This document shows positions 34,501 through 46,100 of a stretch of 64,000 bases of DNA, one piece after another (within the stretch, counting starts at the first letter, position 1; every line of letters begins with the position of its first letter). The notes below the pieces were generated by a model. It saw nothing but the letters and a program-made list of their open reading frames with translations. It was not told the origin of the DNA and made no database searches. A program made the translations under genes and the position numbers. Origin of the DNA: Eledone cirrhosa (lineage: Eukaryota); NCBI GenBank assembly GCA_964016885.1, contig CAXHJY010000898.1, forward strand, positions 434,001 to 498,000, written 5' to 3'.

Positions 34501-37500
34501 TAGGATAGCTTAGCTTAGCTTAGCTTAGGATAGCTTAGCTTAGCTTAGCTTAGGATAGCTTAGGATAGCTTAGCTTAGGATAGCTTAGGATAGCTTAGCT
34601 TAGGATAGCTTAGGATAGCTTAGCTTAGGATAGCTTAGCTTAGGATAGCTTAGCTTAGGATAGCTTAGGATAGCTTAGCTTAGGATAGCTTAGGATAGCT
34701 TAGCTTAGGATAGCTTAGCTTAGGATAGCTTAGGATAGCTTAGCTTAACTTAGCTTAGGATAGCTTAGCTTAGCTTAGCTTAGGATAGCTTAGCTTAGCT
34801 TAGCTTAGGATAGCTTAGCTTAGCTTAGGATAGCTTAGGATAGCTTAGCTTAGGATAGCTTAGGATAGCTTAGCTTAGGATAGCTTAGGATAGTTTAGCT
34901 TAGGATAGCTTAGCTTAGGATAGCTTAGGATAGCTTAGCTTAGCTTAGCTTAGGATAGCTTAGGATAGCTTAGCTTAGGATAGCTTAGGATAGCTTAGCT
35001 TAGGATAGATTAGGATAGCTTAGCTTAGGATAGCTTAGCTTAGGATAGCTTAGCTTAGGATAGCTTAGCTTAGCTTAGCTTAGGATAGCTTAGCTTGGGA
35101 TAGCTTAGGATAGCTTAGCTTAGGATAGCTTAGCTTAGGATAGCTTAGGATAGCTTAGCTTAGCTTAGCTTAGGATAGCTTAGCTTAGCTTAGCTTAGGA
35201 TAGCTTAGCTTAGCTTAGGATAGCTTAGCTTAGCTTAGCTTAGGAAAGCTTAGCTTAGCTTAGCTTAGGATTGCTTAGCTTAGCTTAGCTTAGGATAGCT
35301 TAGCTTAGCTTAGCTTAGGATAGCTTAGCTTAGCTTAGCTTAGAATAGCTTAGCTTAGGATAGCTTAGCTTAGGATAGCTTAGCTTAGGATAGCTTAGCT
35401 TAGGATAGCTTAGGATAGCTTAGCTTAGGATAGCTTAGGATAGCTTAGCTTAGGATAGCTTAGCTTAGCTTAGCTTAGGATAGCTTAGCTTAGCTTAGGA
35501 TAGCTTAGCTTAGCTTAGCTTAGGATAGCTTAGCTTAGGATAGCTTAGGAAAGCTTAGCTTAGCTTAGCTTAGGATAGCTTAGCTTAGCTTAGCTTAGGA
35601 TAGCTTAGCTTAGCTTAGGATAGCTTAGCTTAGCTTAGCTTAGGATAGCTTAGCTTAGCTTAGTTTAGGATAGCTTAGCTTAGCTTAGCTTAGGATAGCT
35701 TAGCTTGGCTTAGCTTAGGATAGCTTAGCTTAGCTTAGCTTAGGATAGCTTAGCTTAGGATAGCTTAGCTTAGCTTAGCTTAGGATAGCTTAGCTTAGCT
35801 TAGCTTAGGATAGCTTAGCTTAGGATAGCTTAGCTTAGCTTAGCTTAGGATAGCTTAGCATAGCTTAGCTTAGGATAGCTTAGCTTAGCTTAGCTTAGGA
35901 TAGCTTAGCTTAGCTTAGCTTAGGATAGCTTAGCTTAGCTTAGCTTAGGATAGCTTAGCTTAGCTTAGCTTAGGATAGCTTAGCTTAGCTTAGCTTAGGA
36001 TAGCTTAGCATAGCTTAGCTTAGGATAGCTTAGCTTAGCTTAGCTTAGGATAGCTTAGCTTAGCTTAGGATAGCTTAGCTTAGCTTGGCTTAGGATAGCT
36101 TAGCTTAGCTTGGCTTAGGATAGCTTAGCTTAGCTTAGCTTAGGATAGCTTAGCTTAGGATAGCTTAGGATAGCTTAGCTTAGCTTAGCTTAGGATAGCT
36201 TAGCTTAGCTTAGCTTAGGATAGCTTAGCTTAGTTTAGGATAGCTTAGCTTAGCTTAGCTTAGGATAGCTTAGGATAGCTTAGCTTAGGATAGCTTAGGA
36301 TAGCTTAGCTTAGGATAGCTTAGGATAGCTTAGCTTAGGATAGCTTAGGATAGCTTAGGTTAGGATAGTTTAGCTTAGGATAGCTTAGGATAGCTTAGCT
36401 TAGGATAGCTTAGGATAGCTTAGCTTAGGATAGCTTAGGATAGCTTAGCTTAGGATAGCTTAGCTTAGGATAGCTTAGGAAAGCTTAGCTTAGCTTAGCT
36501 TAGGATAGCTTAGCTTAGCTTAGCTTAGGATAGCTTAGCTTAGCTTAGCTTAGGATAGCTTAGGATAGCTTAGCTTAGGATAGCTTAGGATAGCTTAGCT
36601 TAGGATAGCTTAGCTTAGGATAGCTTAGCTTAGGATAGCTTAGGATAGCTTAGCTTAGGATAGCTTAGGATAGCTTAGCTTAGGATAGCTTAGCTTAGGA
36701 TAGCTTAGGATAGCTTAGCTTAGCTTAGCTTAGGATAGCTTAGCTTAGCTTAGGATAGCTTAGCTTAGCTTAGCTTAGCTTAGGATAGCTTAGCTTAGCT
36801 TAGGATAGCTTAGGATAGCTTAGCTTAGGATAGCTTAGGATAGCTTAGCTTAGGATAGCTTAGGATAGCTTAGCTTAGGATAGCTTAGGATAGCTTAGCT
36901 TAGGATAGCTTAGCTTAGGATAGCTTAGCTTAGCTTAGCTTAGGATAGCTTAGCTTAGGATAGCTTAGGATATCTTAGGTTAGGATAGCTTAGCTTAGGA
37001 TAGCTTAGGATAGATTAGCTTAGCTTAGCTTAGGATAGCTTAGCTTAGCTTAGCTTAGGATAGCTTAGCTTAGCTTAGGATAGCTTAGCTTAGCTTAGCT
37101 TAGGATAGCTTAGCTTAGCTTAGCTTAGGATAGCTTAGCTTAGCTTAGGATAGCTTAGCTTAGCTTAGCTTAGGATAGCTTAGCTTAGCTTAGCTTAGGA
37201 TAGCTTAGCTTAGGATAGCTTAGCTTAGGATAGCTTAGCTTAGGTTAGCTTAGCTTAGCTTAGCTTAGGATAGCTTAGGATAGCTTAGCTTAGGATAACT
37301 TAGCTTAGCTTAGCTTAGGATAGCTTAGCTTAGCTTAGCTTAGGATAGCTTAGCTTAGCTTAGCTTAGGATAGCTTAGCTTAGGATAGCTTAGGATTGCT
37401 TAGCTTAGCTTAGCTTAGGATAGCTTAGCTTAGCTTAGCTTAGGATAGCTTAGCTTAGCTTAGGATAGCTTAGCTTAGCTTAGCTTAGGATAGCTTAGCT

Positions 37501-40300
37501 TAGCTTAGCTTAGGATAGCTTAGCTTAGCTTAGCTTAGGATAGCTTAGGATAGCTTAGGATAGCTTAGCTTAGCTTAGCTTAGGATAGCTTAGCTTAGCT
37601 TAGGATAGCTTAGCTTAGCTTAGCTTAGGATAGCTTAGCTTAGCTTAGGATAGCTTAGCTTAGCTTAGCTTAGGATAGCTTAGCTTAGCTTAGCTTAGGA
37701 TAGCTTAGCTTAGCTTAGCTTAGGATAGCTTAGCTTAGCTTAGCTTAGGATAGCTTAGCTTAGCTTAGCTTAGGATAGATTAGCTTAGCTTAGGATAGCT
37801 TAGCTTAGCTTAGCTTAGGAAAGCTTAGCTTAGCTTAGGATAGCTTAGCTTAGCTTAGCTTAGGAGAGCTTAGCTTAGCTTAGCTTAGGATAGCTTAGCT
37901 TAGCTTAGCTTAGGATAGCTTAGCTTAGCTTAGGTAGCTTAGCTTAGCTTAGCTTAGGATAGCTTAGCTTAGCTTAGCTTAGCTTAGGATAGCTTAGCTT
38001 AGCTTAGCTTAGGAGAGCTTAGCTTAGCTTAGCTTAGGATAGCTTAGGATAGCTTAGCTTAGGATAGCTTAGGATAGCTTACCTTAGGAGAGCTTAGCTT
38101 AGGATAGCTTAGCTTAGGATAGCTTAGGATAGCTTAGCTTAGGATAGCTTAGCTTAGGATAGCTTAGCTTAGGATAGCTTAGGATAGCTTAGCTTAGCTT
38201 AGCTTAGGATAGCTTAGCTTAGCTTAGCTTAGGATAGCTTAGCTTAGGTTAGCTTAGCTTAGCTTAGCTTAGCTTAGGATAGCTTAGCTTAGGATAGCTT
38301 AGGATAGCTTAGGATAGCTTAGCTTAGGATAGCTTAGCTTAGGATAGCTTAGGATAGCTTAGCTTAGGATAGCTTAGGATAGCTTAGCTTAGGATAGCTT
38401 AGCTTAGGATAGCTTAGGATAGCTTAGCTTAGCTTAGCTTAGGATAGCTTAGCTTAGCTTAGCTTAGGATAGCTTAGCTTAGCTTAGCTTAGGATTGCTT
38501 AGCTTAGCTTAGCTTAGGATAGCTTAGGATAGCTTAGCTTAGGATAGCTTAGCTTAGGATAGCTTAGGATAGCTTAGGATAGCTTAGCTTAGCTTAGCTT
38601 AGGATAGCTTAGCTTAGCTTAGCTTAGGATAGCTTAGCTTAGCTTAGCTTAGGATAGCTTAGCTTAGCTTAGGATAGCTTAGCTTAGCTTAGCTTAGGAT
38701 AGCTTAGCTTAGCTTAGCTTAGGACAGCTTAGCTTAGCTTAGCTTAGGATAGCTTAGCTTAGCTTAGGATAGCTTAGCTTAGCTTAGCTTAGGATAGCTT
38801 AGCTTAGGATAGCTTAGCTTAGGATAGCTTAGCTTGGGTTAGCTTAGCTTAGCTTAGCTTAGGATAGCTTAGGATAGCTTAGCTTAGGATAGCTTAGCTT
38901 AGCTTAGCTTAGGATAGCTTAGCTTAGCTTAGCTTAGGATAGCTTAGCTTAGCTTAGCTTAGGATAGCTTAGCTTAGCTTAGCTTAGGATAGCTTAGCTT
39001 AGGATAGCTTAGGATAGCTTAGCTTAGCTTAGCTTAGGATAGCTTAGCTTAGCTTAGCTTAGGATAGCTTAGCTTAGCTTAGGATAGCTTAGCTTAGCTT
39101 AGCTTAGGATAGCTTAGCTTAGCTTAGCTTAGGATAGCTTAGCTTAGCTTAGCTTAGGATAGCTTAGGATAGCTTAGGATAGCTTAGCTTAGCTTAGCTT
39201 AGGATAGCTTAGCTTAGCTTAGCTTAGGATAGCTTAGCTTAGCTTAGCTTAGGATAGCTTAGCTTAGCTTAGGATAGCTTAGCTTAGCTTAGGATAGCTT
39301 AGCTTAGCTTAGCTTAGGATAGCTTAGCTTAGCTTAGCTTAGGATAGCTTAGCTTAGCTTAGCTTAGGATAGCTTAGCTTAGCTTAGGATAGCTTAGCTT
39401 AGCTTAGCTTAGGATAGCTTAGCTTAGCTTAGCTTAGGATAGCTTAGCTTAGCTTAGCTTAGGATAGATTAGCTTAGCTTAGGATAGCTTAGCTTAGCTT
39501 AGCTTAGGAAAGCTTAGCTTAGCTTAGGATAGCTTAGCTTAGCTTAGCTTAGGATAGCTTAGGATAGCTTAGCTTAGGATAGCTTAGGATAGCTTAGCTT
39601 AGGATAGCTTAGGATAGCTTAGGTTAGGATAGCTTAGCTTAGGATAGCTTAGGATAGCTTAGCTTAGGATAGCTTAGGATAGCTTAGCTTAGGATAGCTT
39701 AGGATAGCTTAGCTTAGGATAGCTTAGCTTAGGATAGCTTAGGAAAGCTTAGCTTAGCTTAGCTTAGGATAGCTTAGCTTAGGATAGCTTAGCTTAGCTT
39801 AGCTTAGGATAGCTTAGGATAGCTTAGCTTAGGATAGCTTAGGATAGCTTAGCTTAGGATAGCTTAGCTTAGGATAGCTTAGCTTAGGATAGCTTAGGAT
39901 AGCTTAGCTTAGGATAGCTTAGGATAGCTTAGCTTAGGATAGCTTAGCTTAGGATAGCTTAGGATAGCTTAGCTTAGCTTAGCTTAGGATAGCTTAGCTT
40001 AGCTTAGCTTAGGATAGCTTAGCTTAGCTTAGCTTAGCTTAGCTTAGCTTAGGATAGCTTAGGATAGCTTAGCTTAGGATAGCTTAGGATAGCTTAGCTT
40101 AGGATAGCTTAGCTTAGGATAGCTTAGCTTAGCTTAGCTTAGGATAGCTTAGCTTAGGATAGCTTAGGATAGCTTAGCTTAGGATAGCTTAGCTTAGGAT
40201 AGCTTAGGATAGCTCAGCTTAGCTTAGCTTAGGATAGCTTAGCTTAGCTTAGCTTAGGATAGCTTAGCTTAGCTTAGGATAGCTTAGCTTAGCTTAGCTT
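28550..40300 (+). repeat. ~11.7-kb block homologous to ~1,950-13,350 (offset ~26.5-27.0 kb)
   Basis: GTAG 4456/30966, CTTAC 4545/31055, GATTG 4840/31350 and GATCG 4895/31405 (all +26,510); CTTAC 7118/33599; GATAT 10017/36969; GTAG 10977/37934; CTTAC 11121/38078; CTTGG-GTTAG 11871/38833. Confidence 0.85.
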
Positions 40301-41249
40301 AGGATAGCTTAGCTTAGCTTAGCTTAGGATAGCTTAGCTTAGCTTAGCTTAGGATAGCTTAGCTTAGGATAGCTTAGCTTAGGATAGCTTAGCTTAGGTT
40401 AGCTTAGCTTAGCTTAGCTTAGGATAGCTTAGCTTAGCTTAGCTTAGGATAGCTTAGCTTAGCTTAGCTTAGGATAGCTTAGCTTAGCTTAGGATAGCTT
40501 AGCTTAGCTTAGCTTAGGATAGCTTAGCTTAGCTTAGCTTAGGATAGCTTAGCTTAGCTTAGCTTAGGATAGCTTAGCTTAGGATAGCTTAGCTTAGGAT
40601 AGCTTAGCTTAGGTTAGCTTAGCTTAGCTTAGCTTAGGATAGCTTAGGATAGCTTAGCTTAGGATAGCTTAGCTTAGCTTAGCTTAGGATAGCTTAGCTT
40701 AGCTTAGCTTAGGATAGCTTAGCTTAGGATAGCTTAGGATTGCTTAGCTTAGCTTAGCTTAGGATAGCTTAGCTTAGCTTAGGATAGCTTAGCTTAGCTT
40801 AGCTTAGGATAGCTTAGCTTAGCTTAGGATAGCTTAGCTTAGCTTAGCTTAGGATAGCTTAGCTTAGCTTAGCTTAGGATAGCTTAGCTTAGCTTAGCTT
40901 AGGATAGCTTAGGATAGCTTAGGATAGCTTAGCTTAGCTTAGCTTAGGATAGCTTAGCTTAGCTTAGGATAGCTTAGCTTAGCTTAGCTTAGGATAGCTT
41001 AGCTTAGCTTAGGATAGCTTAGCTTAGCTTAGCTTAGGATAGCTTAGCTTAGCTTAGCTTAGGATAGCTTAGCTTAGCTTAGCTTAGGATAGCTTAGCTT
41101 AGCTTAGCTTAGGATAGATTAGCTTAGCTTAGGATAGCTTAGCTTAGCTTAGCTTAGGAAAGCTTAGCTTAGCTTAGGATAGCTTAGTTTAGCTTAGCTT
41201 AGGAGAGCTTAGCTTAGCTTAGCTTAGGATAGCTTAGCTTAGCTTAGCT

Positions 41250-43180
41250 TAGGATAGCTTAGCTTAGCTTAGCTTAGGTAGCTTAGCTTAGCTTAGCTTA
41301 GGATAGCTTAGCTTAGCTTAGCTTAGCTTAGGATAGCTTAGCTTAGCTTAGCTTAGGATAGCTTAGGATAGCTTAGCTTAGGATAGCTTAGGATAGCTTA
41401 CCTTAGGAGAGCTTAGCTTAGGATAGCTTAGCTTAGGATAGCTTAGGATAGCTTAGCTTAGGATAGCTTAGCTTAGGATAGCTTAGCTTAGGATAGCTTA
41501 GGATAGCTTAGCTTAGCTTAGCTTAGGATAGCTTAGCTTAGCTTAGCTTAGGATAGCTTAGCTTAGGTTAGCTTAGCTTAGCTTAGCTTAGCTTAGGATA
41601 GCTTAGCTTAGGATAGCTTAGGATAGCTTAGCTTAGGATAGCTTAGGATAGCTTAGCTTAGGATAGCTTAGCTTAGGATAGCTTAGGATAGCTTAGCTTA
41701 GGATAGCTTAGGATAGCTTAGCTTAGGATAGCTTAGCTTAGGATAGCTTAGGATAGCTTAGCTTAGCTTAGCTTAGGATAGCTTAGCTTAGCTTAGCTTA
41801 GCTTAGCTTAGGATAGCTTAGCTTAGCTTAGCTTAGGATAGCTTAGGATAGCTTAGCTTAGGATAGCTTAGGATAGCTTAGCTTAGGATAGCTTAGGATA
41901 GCTTAGGATAGCTTAGCTTAGGACAGCTTAGCTTAGCTTAGCTTAGGATAGCTTAGCTTGGCTTAGGATAGCTTAGCTTAGCTTAGCTTAGGATAGCTTA
42001 GCTTAGCTTAGCTTAGGATAGCTTAGCTTAGCTTAGCTTAGGATAGCTTAGCTTAGGATAGCTTAGCTTAGCTTAGCTTAGGATAGCTTAGCTTAGCTTA
42101 GCTTAGGACAGCTTAGCTTAGCTTAGCTTAGGATAGCTTAGCTTAGCTTAGGATAGCTTAGCTTAGCTTAGCTTAGGATAGCTTAGCTTAGCTTAGCTTA
42201 GGATAGCTTAGCTTAGGATAGCTTAGCTTAGCTTAGCTTAGGTAGCTTAGCTTAGCTTAGCTTAGGATAGCTTAGCTTAGCTTAGCTTAGCTTAGGATAG
42301 CTTAGCTTAGCTTAGCTTAGGATAGCTTAGGATAGCTTAGCTTAGGATAGCTTAGGATAGCTTACCTTAGGAGAGCTTAGCTTAGGATAGCTTAGCTTAG
42401 GATAGCTTAGGATAGCTTAGCTTAGGATAGCTTAGCTTAGGATAGCTTAGCTTAGGATAGCTTAGGATAGCTTAGCTTAGCTTAGCTTAGGATAGCTTAG
42501 CTTAGCTTAGCTTAGGATAGCTTAGCTTAGGTTAGCTTAGCTTAGCTTAGCTTAGCTTAGGATAGCTTAGCTTAGGATAGCTTAGGATAGCTTAGCTTAG
42601 GATAGCTTAGGATAGCTTAGCTTAGGATAGCTTAGCTTAGGATAGCTTAGGATAGCTTAGCTTAGGATAGCTTAGGATAGCTTAGCTTAGGATAGCTTAG
42701 CTTAGGATAGCTTAGGATAGCTTAGCTTAGCTTAGCTTAGGATAGCTTAGCTTAGCTTAGCTTAGCTTAGCTTAGGATAGCTTAGCTTAGCTTAGCTTAG
42801 GATAGCTTAGGATAGCTTAGCTTAGGATAGCTTAGGATAGCTTAGCTTAGGATAGCTTAGGATAGCTTAGGATAGCTTAGCTTAGGACAGCTTAGCTTAG
42901 CTTAGCTTAGGATAGCTTAGCTTGGCTTAGGATAGCTTAGCTTAGCTTAGCTTAGGATAGCTTAGCTTAGCTTAGCTTAGGATAGCTTAGCTTAGCTTAG
43001 CTTAGGATAGCTTAGCTTAGCTTAGGATAGCTTAGCTTAGCTTAGCTTAGGATAGCTTAGCTTAGCTTAGCTTAGGACAGCTTAGCTTAGCTTAGCTTAG
43101 GATAGCTTAGCTTAGCTTAGGATAGCTTAGCTTAGCTTAGCTTAGGATAGCTTAGCTTAGCTTAGCTTAGGATAGCTTAG
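41250..43180 (+). repeat. 964-bp tandem duplication
   Basis: GTAG 41278/42242, CTTAC 41397/42361, GACAG 41922/42886 and CTTGG 41957/42921 are all exactly 964 bp apart; GACAG 42107/43076 is +969. Confidence 0.9.
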
Positions 43181-46100
43181 CTTAGGATAGCTTAGCTTAG
43201 GATAGCTTAACTTAGGTTAGCTTAGCTTAGCTTAGCTTAGAATAGCTTAGGATAGCTTAGCTTAGGATAGCTTAGCTTAGCTTAGTTTAGGATAGCTTAG
43301 CTTAGCTTAGCTTAGGATAGCTTAGCTTAGCTTAGCTTAGGATAGCTTAGCTTAGCTTAGCTTAGGATAGCTTAGCTTAGGATAGCTTAGGATAGCTTAG
43401 CTTAGCTTAGCTTAGGATAGCTTAGCTTAGCTTAGCTTAGGATAGCTTAGCTTAGCTTAGGATAGCTTAGCTTAGCTTAGCTTAGGATAGCTTAGCTTAG
43501 CTTAGCTTAGGATAGCTTAGCTTAGCTTAGCTTAGGATAGCTTAGGATAGCTTAGGATAGCTTAGCTTAGCTTAGCTTAGGATAGCTTAGCTTAGCTTAG
43601 CTTAGGATAGCTTAGCTTAGCTTAGCTTAGGATAGCTTAGCTTAGCTTAGGATAGCTTAGCTTAGCTTAGCTTAGGATAGCTTAGCTTAGCTTAGCTTAG
43701 GATAGCTTAGCTTAGCTTAGCTTAGGATAGCTTAGCTTAGCTTAGGATAGCTTAGCTTAGCTTAGCCCAGGATAGCTTAGCTTAGGATAGCTTAGGATAG
43801 CTTAGCTTAGGATAGCTTAGCTTAGGATAGCTTAGGATAGCTTAGCTTAGCTTAGCTTAGGAGAGCTTAGCTTAGCTTAGCTTAGGATAGCTTAGCTTAG
43901 CTTAGGATAGCTTAGCTTAGCTTAGCTTAGGATAGCTTAGCTTAGCTTAGCTTAGGATAGCTTAGCTTAGCTTAGGATAGCTTAGCTTAGCTTAGCTTAG
44001 GATAGCTTAGCTTAGCTTAGCTTAGGATAGCTTAGCTTAGCTTAGCTTAGGATAGCTTAGCTTAGGATAGCTTAGCTTAGGATAGCTTAGCTTAGGTTAG
44101 CTTAGCTTAGCTTAGCTTAGGATAGCTTAGGATAGCTTAGCTTAGGATAGCTTAGCTTAGCTTAGCTTAGGATAGCTTAGCTTAACTTAGCTTAGGATAG
44201 CTTAGCTTAGGATAGCTTAGGATTGCTTAGCTTAGCTTAGCTTAGGATAGCTTAGCTTAGCTTAGGATAGCTTAGCTTAGCTTAGCTTAGGATAGCTTAG
44301 CTTAGCTTAGCTTAGGATAGCTTAGCTTAGCTTAGCTTAGGATAGCTTAGGATAGCTTAGGATAGCTTAGCTTAGCTTAGCTTAGGATAGCTTAGCTTAG
44401 CTTAGGATAGCTTAGCTTAGCTTAGCTTAGGATAGCTTAGCTTAGCTTAGGATAGCTTAGCTTAGCTTAGCTTAGGATAGCTTAGCTTAGCTTAGCTTAG
44501 GATAGCTTAGCTTAGCTTAGCTTAGGATAGCTTAGCTTAGCTTAGCTTAGGATAGCTTAGCTTAGCTTAGCTTAGGATAGATTAGCTTAGCTTAGGATAG
44601 CTTAGCTTAGCTTAGCTTAGGAAAGCTTAGCTTAGCTTAGGATAGCTTAGCTTAGCTTAGCTTAGGAGAGCTTAGCTTAGCTTAGCTTAGGATAGCTTAG
44701 CTTAGCTTAGCTTAGGATAGCTTAGCTTAGCTTAGCTTAGGTAGCTTAGCTTAGCTTAGCTTAGGATAGCTTAGCTTAGCTTAGCTTAGCTTAGCTTAGG
44801 ATAGCTTAGCTTAGCTTAGCTTAGGAGAGCTTAGCTTAGCTTAGCTTAGGATAGCTTAGGATAGCTTAGCTTAGGATAGCTTAGGATAGCTTACCTTAGG
44901 AGAGCTTAGCTTAGGATAGCTTAGCTTAGGATAGCTTAGGATAGCTTAGCTTAGGATAGCTTAGCTTAGGATAGCTTAGCTTAGGATAGCTTAGGATAGC
45001 TTAGCTTAGCTTAGGATAGCTTAGCTTAGCTTAGCTTAGGATAGCTTAGCTTAGGTTAGCTTAGCTTAGCTTAGCTTAGCTTAGGATAGCTTAGCTTAGG
45101 ATAGCTTAGGATAGCTTAGCTTAGGATAGCTTAGGATAGCTTAGCTTAGGATAGCTTAGCTTAGGATAGCTTAGGATAGCTTAGCTTAGGATAGCTTAGG
45201 ATAGCTTAGCTTAGGATAGCTTAGCTTAGGATAGCTTAGGATAGCTTAGCTTAGCTTAGCTTAGGATAGCTTAGATTAGCTTAGCTTAGGATAGCTTAGC
45301 TTAGCTTAGCTTAGGATAGCTTAGCTTAGCTTAGCTTAGGATAGCTTAGGATAGCTTAGCTTAGGATAGCTTAGGATAGCTTAGCTTAGGATAGCTTAGG
45401 ATAGCTTAGGATATCTTAGCTTAGCTTAGCTTAGGATAGCTTAGCTTAGCTTAGCTTAGGATAGCTTACCTTAGCTTAGCTTAGGATAGCTTAGCTTAGC
45501 TTAGGATAGCTTAGCTTAGCTTAGCTTAGGATAGCTTAGCTTAGCTTAGCTTAGGACAGCTTAGCTTAGCTTAGCTTAGGATAGCTTAGCTTAGCTTAGG
45601 ATAGCTTAGCTTAGCTTAGCTTAGGATAGCTTAGCTTAGCTTAGCTTAGGATAGCTTAGCTTAGGATAGCTTAGCTTAGGATAGCTTAGCTTAGGTTAGC
45701 TTAGCTTAGCTTAGCTTAGGATAGCTTAGGATAGCTTAGCTTAGGATAGCTTAGCTTAGCTTAGCTTAGGATAGCTTAGCTTAGCTTAGCTTAGGATAGC
45801 TTAGCTTAGCTTAGCTTAGGATAGCTTAGCTTAGCTTAGCTTAGGATAGCTTAGCTTAGGATAGCTTAGGATAGCTTAGCTTAGCTTAGCTTAGGATAGC
45901 TTAGCTTAGCTTAGCTTAGGATAGCTTAGCTTAGCTTAGGATAGCTTAGCTTGGCTTAGCTTAGGATAGCTTAGCTTAGCTTAGCTTAGGATAGCTTAGC
46001 TTAGCTTAGCTTAGCTTAGCTTAGGATAGCTTAGGATAGCTTAGGATAGCTTAGCTTAGCTTAGCTTAGGATAGCTTAGCTTAGCTTAGCTTAGGTTAGC

